DNA of 62,895 nucleotides, the filler included, from Methanobacteriota archaeon (GTDB taxonomy: Archaea > JACRDV01): the NCBI GenBank assembly GCA_024860865.1. It is 8 parts of 8 records of this genome, joined end to end, with 100 filler letters (N's around TTAATTAATTAA, not from the genome) between each part and the next. Parts side by side here need not be neighbours in the genome. Positions count along the whole stretch, not along the records: positions 47,482 to 59,812 come from JACRDV010000153.1; positions 59,913 to 62,895 come from JACRDV010000027.1; 6 more parts are not named here. One strand, given 5' to 3'. Under the pieces are notes generated by a model. It was given only the letters and a program-made list of their open reading frames with translations. It did not search any database and was not told the origin of the DNA. Below are positions 59,522 through 62,895 of this stretch, in pieces; position 1 is the first letter of the stretch; each line of letters opens with the position of its first letter. Both the position numbers and the translations under genes were made by a program.

Positions 59522-59812
59522 TGATAATTCCTACTGGAATCCCGGGTTTAGATGCCCTATTAGGTGGTGGATTTAAATCAAGTTCGAATATTCTTGTAGC
59601 AGGTCCACCTGGCTCAGGTAAATCGATTTTAAGCAGGCAAATTCTGTACGATGGGTTGAATAAAGGCTTTTCTTCAGTTTATATTACTGTTGATGAGCCC
59701 CCACAGCAAATTCGCGAGAATATGATTAGCTTCAAATGGGATATATCCAAATTCGAGCAACAAAATTCGTTCAGATTTATCGACGCCTTTACTTGTTTGC
59801 TTGGAGAGTTTG
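59521..59812 (+). CDS. KaiC/RAD55-family ATPase, 3' partial
   Basis: TGIPGLDALLGGG; GPPGSGKS. Confidence 0.88.
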
Positions 59813-60144
59813 NNNNNNNNNNNNNNNNNNNNNNNNNNNNNNNNNNNNNNNNNNNNTTAATTAATTAANNNNNNNNNNNNNNNNNNNNNNNNNNNNNNNN
59901 NNNNNNNNNNNNTATGCAGTTCTGAAGTACAGCCTAAAGAATGATTAGATTAAAATCTTTATATATATAAAACAATTCTGATAACTGGAATAATGGCTTA
60001 AGGGCAAATTTGGTTTGGATGCACTTATACTAGAAGGTGGAAGAAAAGGGATAATATTTAAATTTAAAAAGCGTTGGAATTTATTTCAACTTTAAAAGTT
60101 GGTTTTCCCCGCCATAAATGACGGGTTTCCTTTGGAGGTTTTTC

Positions 60145-60840
60145 ATGAAAATATTCCTATTGGCAGCGGGTGTTGGGAGCCGTCTTCGCCCTTACACTGA
60201 TTTGATTCCTAAAGCATTATTACCAGTAGCAGGACGACCTGTTTTGATTTGGATTTTGGAGAGACTGAAAACTCAAGGATTTAAGAAGGTCGTACTCTGC
60301 ATTAATGAACATTTTAAGAATCAATTTGAATACCACACCTCAAAAATTGATGGAATAAGATTTGAGTTCTCAGCCAGCAAAAAACCATTAGGTACAGCTG
60401 GGGAAATATTAAACTGCAAACACTTAATTGATGATTCTTTTATAGTATACTATTGCGATGAGCTCACAGAAATTAATCTGCGCGACCTTGTTAAATTTCA
60501 CCGAGAAAGGAATGGCGTTGGGACCCTTGCTTTAGTTAAAAATATTCCTCTAGAAGTTGGAGTAGTTGAAACGGATAATAATGGCAGCATCCAAAGTTTC
60601 ATAGAGAAACCTCCCCTTGAAAAGCTCACATGGGCAGGCATCGGAGTTTTTGAAAAAGAAATACTCAATTTCATAACTAGGTCTGAAGGATTAGATTTCG
60701 CAAAGGATATTTTTCCAGCCATTTTGAAAGCGGGTAAAAAACTCTATGGCTATGTTTCTGAGGCGACATGGTTAGATGTGGGGTTGCCCCATCATCTTGA
60801 GATTGCAAATAAATTGTTGTCAAAGCAAAAATTGCATTAA
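60145..60840 (+). CDS. Sugar-phosphate nucleotidyltransferase (NTP_transferase)
   Basis: LAAGVGSRLRPYT...PKALLP; LGTAG; FIEKP. Confidence 0.92.
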   Translation: MKIFLLAAGVGSRLRPYTDLIPKALLPVAGRPVLIWILERLKTQGFKKVVLCINEHFKNQFEYHTSKIDGIRFEFSASKKPLGTAGEILNCKHLIDDSFIVYYCDELTEINLRDLVKFHRERNGVGTLALVKNIPLEVGVVETDNNGSIQSFIEKPPLEKLTWAGIGVFEKEILNFITRSEGLDFAKDIFPAILKAGKKLYGYVSEATWLDVGLPHHLEIANKLLSKQKLH

Positions 60841-60913
60841 TTTGTTCACTTTTGGCAATTTCGTTTATTTGAAAAAATTCTATTAAGATTGAGCAAGAGA
60901 GTTGTTTTCAATA

Positions 60914-61483
60914 TTAGATGTTTAAAAGATTAGCAAATTGAATTGCAGCGCTTTCATCATCAGCCTCGATAGATATAAAATAATCGCCTGCCATATTACT
61001 TAACCAAGAGACTAGAATGTACCTTTTTCCATCGTAGTACATTGAGAAGAGAATCCCTTTAGCATTGACATTTCGAACAAATTTTAAATTGGGATCTTCA
61101 CTAAATCGCAATGCCTTCACTTGGGCATAGATTTTCTCTTCGAACCTGATTATGTTTATTCCGACAATTTTTTCATTGAATTTATACAAAGCTTGAGCTT
61201 CGCCAATAACATTCTCTTCAAATCCACTTCTTTTCTCGCTTAGCTTATACAAAGCATATTCACTGGGCAATTTTTCTTTAAATGGAAACATAAGTATAGG
61301 CGAGCCTGTTGTTAGATAGGCATGTCTATACCCTAAATCGAAGCCTATTTTGTGGCCAGACTGGTAACTAGTTTGATTGCCAGCAGCAAATCCTTTTTTG
61401 TAGCCTACTAAGTAACCAACAGCAGAACCTAAAATCAAAACTATCACGATAATGCTAATTAACATTGATTTTGAAATCGGCAT
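60914..61483 (-). CDS. Membrane-anchored hypothetical protein
   Basis: N-terminal TM followed by GYxxG repeats. Confidence 0.7.
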   Translation of the reverse strand: MPISKSMLISIIVIVLILGSAVGYLVGYKKGFAAGNQTSYQSGHKIGFDLGYRHAYLTTGSPILMFPFKEKLPSEYALYKLSEKRSGFEENVIGEAQALYKFNEKIVGINIIRFEEKIYAQVKALRFSEDPNLKFVRNVNAKGILFSMYYDGKRYILVSWLSNMAGDYFISIEADDESAAIQFANLLNI

Positions 61484-61911
61484 CTAAATCCTCATGGAGT
61501 CAAAAAATTATGACTTATCTCTAGGTAATTAATCCATAAGATGCAAAAATTTAACGTGCATTTTTGCTATATATTATTAGTGTCTGACTTAGATTAAAAA
61601 ACAAGTTGTGGGTTAAATCTATTGCATGATAAAAACAAAAATAGACCTGACCCACTTTTTCTATTTCAGTGTGGATGGTATTAATATCTTGCACTTCATT
61701 CAGAAAATTTTTCTCACAGAACAGCAGGGATAGAAAAAGATTCTTCAAAAGGCTGCTGGCTTGGTAAGTATAGTCTAGAAAAAGCTCACTGAATTCCTTT
61801 TATGGGCTCCAAATTGCTCTAAGTGTGCACAAGAATGGGGCTTATTCTCTCCGGAAATGGAAACCTCCTCCCGATCTAAAATTTGGGGAGAGGATAGCTG
61901 ATTGGAACAAG

Positions 61912-61950
61912 ACATTGGCTGCGCCATTAGAAGAAAATAATGAAAAAATT
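61912..61950 (+). repeat. Degenerate direct repeat (other copy 62648-62686) flanking the acylphosphatase gene
   Basis: ACATTGGCTGC(G/A)CCATTAGAAGAA, 23/24 identical. Confidence 0.65.
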
Positions 61951-62104
61951 GAAGGGCTAAATCAGTTTTTTAAAGCAAATTGAGGCTAAAGATAGCAAAG
62001 CAAGAATTCAATCTTTTTCATACCAACTACATCAAAGCAAGATTTATACGTCTTTATTACCAATAAGTCGACTGTTAAAAGATTCTCGTAAAGTGGTGCA
62101 AGGC

Positions 62105-62554
62105 ATGCAAGCCAAAGTTAAGCGTTATTACGTCGTTGTTAGAGGAAGAGTCCAAGATGTAGGGTATAGAAAGCGAATAGAAGGCACAGCAGAGCTTTTC
62201 AGTCTCAAAGGTTTTCCATGGAATGATGTGGATGGCTCTGTTAAAATTATTTGCGAGGGTCAAGAGGATTTTCTGAACAGATTTTTAGAAGATATTGAGA
62301 TTAAAGAAAAATTACCTTCAGGTATTTTTGTTGAAAGCTTGGAAAAGAAAGAGATTTCGATTGAATTCCCCCTTCCACCAAAGTTTGCAAGACTAGAAAC
62401 AGAAGAACTTGCTGAGATTTCAAGAAAACTAGATATAGGGAATGAACGATTAAAGGGGATCGAAGTGAATACCGGAACGATGAGAGAAACTCTAAAAAGC
62501 ATTGATTCAAAATTAGATACTTTACCAGAAAGAATCGCTAACGCTATAAAGTAA
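62105..62554 (+). CDS. Acylphosphatase domain + C-terminal coiled coil
   Basis: GRVQDVGYR and WNDVDGSV; heptad tail. Confidence 0.8.
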   Translation: MQAKVKRYYVVVRGRVQDVGYRKRIEGTAELFSLKGFPWNDVDGSVKIICEGQEDFLNRFLEDIEIKEKLPSGIFVESLEKKEISIEFPLPPKFARLETEELAEISRKLDIGNERLKGIEVNTGTMRETLKSIDSKLDTLPERIANAIK

Positions 62555-62895
62555 CCCCTTACGTTCATAGCCATTAACGTGAATGCTGCCGTTCTTCTTC
62601 ACCTATTTTTGTTCAACCAGAGTGATTTGGGTGTTAAAAGAAACAGTACATTGGCTGCACCATTAGAAGAACAAGTGAAAAAGATTTTGCTGCTAGATTC
62701 TCTACATTCCCGGGGTGGTTTGTTCTTAGCCAACAAAGAAAAATTATTAACTATAACTAACTCTTATCTGAAATATTAGAATCTAAGAAAGCTTTCAACT
62801 ATTTGCCCAATTATCTTCGTAAAATATCTCCAACAAACATTCCAACAAGCCTAAGCTCTTCTAAAAGATATTTATTTAAATTCTACAGTTCGTAA

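Overview
Low-GC archaeal (euryarchaeal-type gene order) draft genome or MAG sequence. It consists of 8 contig pieces joined by artificial 100-bp N-TTAATTAATTAA-N linkers, so adjacency across a linker means nothing. Core genes: ftsZ-secE-spt5-rpl11-rpl1-rpl10-rpl12-alaS, ileS, rfcS, thermosome, nob1, gfcR, ilvE, pyrH, mptE, nfeD/stomatin. Accessory content: (i) a surface-glycan locus (GT2, carbamoyltransferase, GT-C) interleaved with decaying toxin-antitoxin modules and IS remnants; (ii) a duplicated TauE/USP/ArsR-wHTH/KaiC cluster; (iii) a vapBC cassette bracketed by tRNA-Pro-3'-end-like att repeats, next to a candidate structured RNA; (iv) a KaiC-LarA-KaiC operon. The most notable signal is on contig 31533-40104. 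It carries two homologous TnpB omegaRNA-like right ends with covarying stems and different guides. One follows a TnpB whose RuvC-III Asp is replaced by Gln. The other is a stand-alone copy with its own TATA-like box, directly upstream of an HTH-LAGLIDADG gene. All calls come from reading the sequence; no database searches were run.
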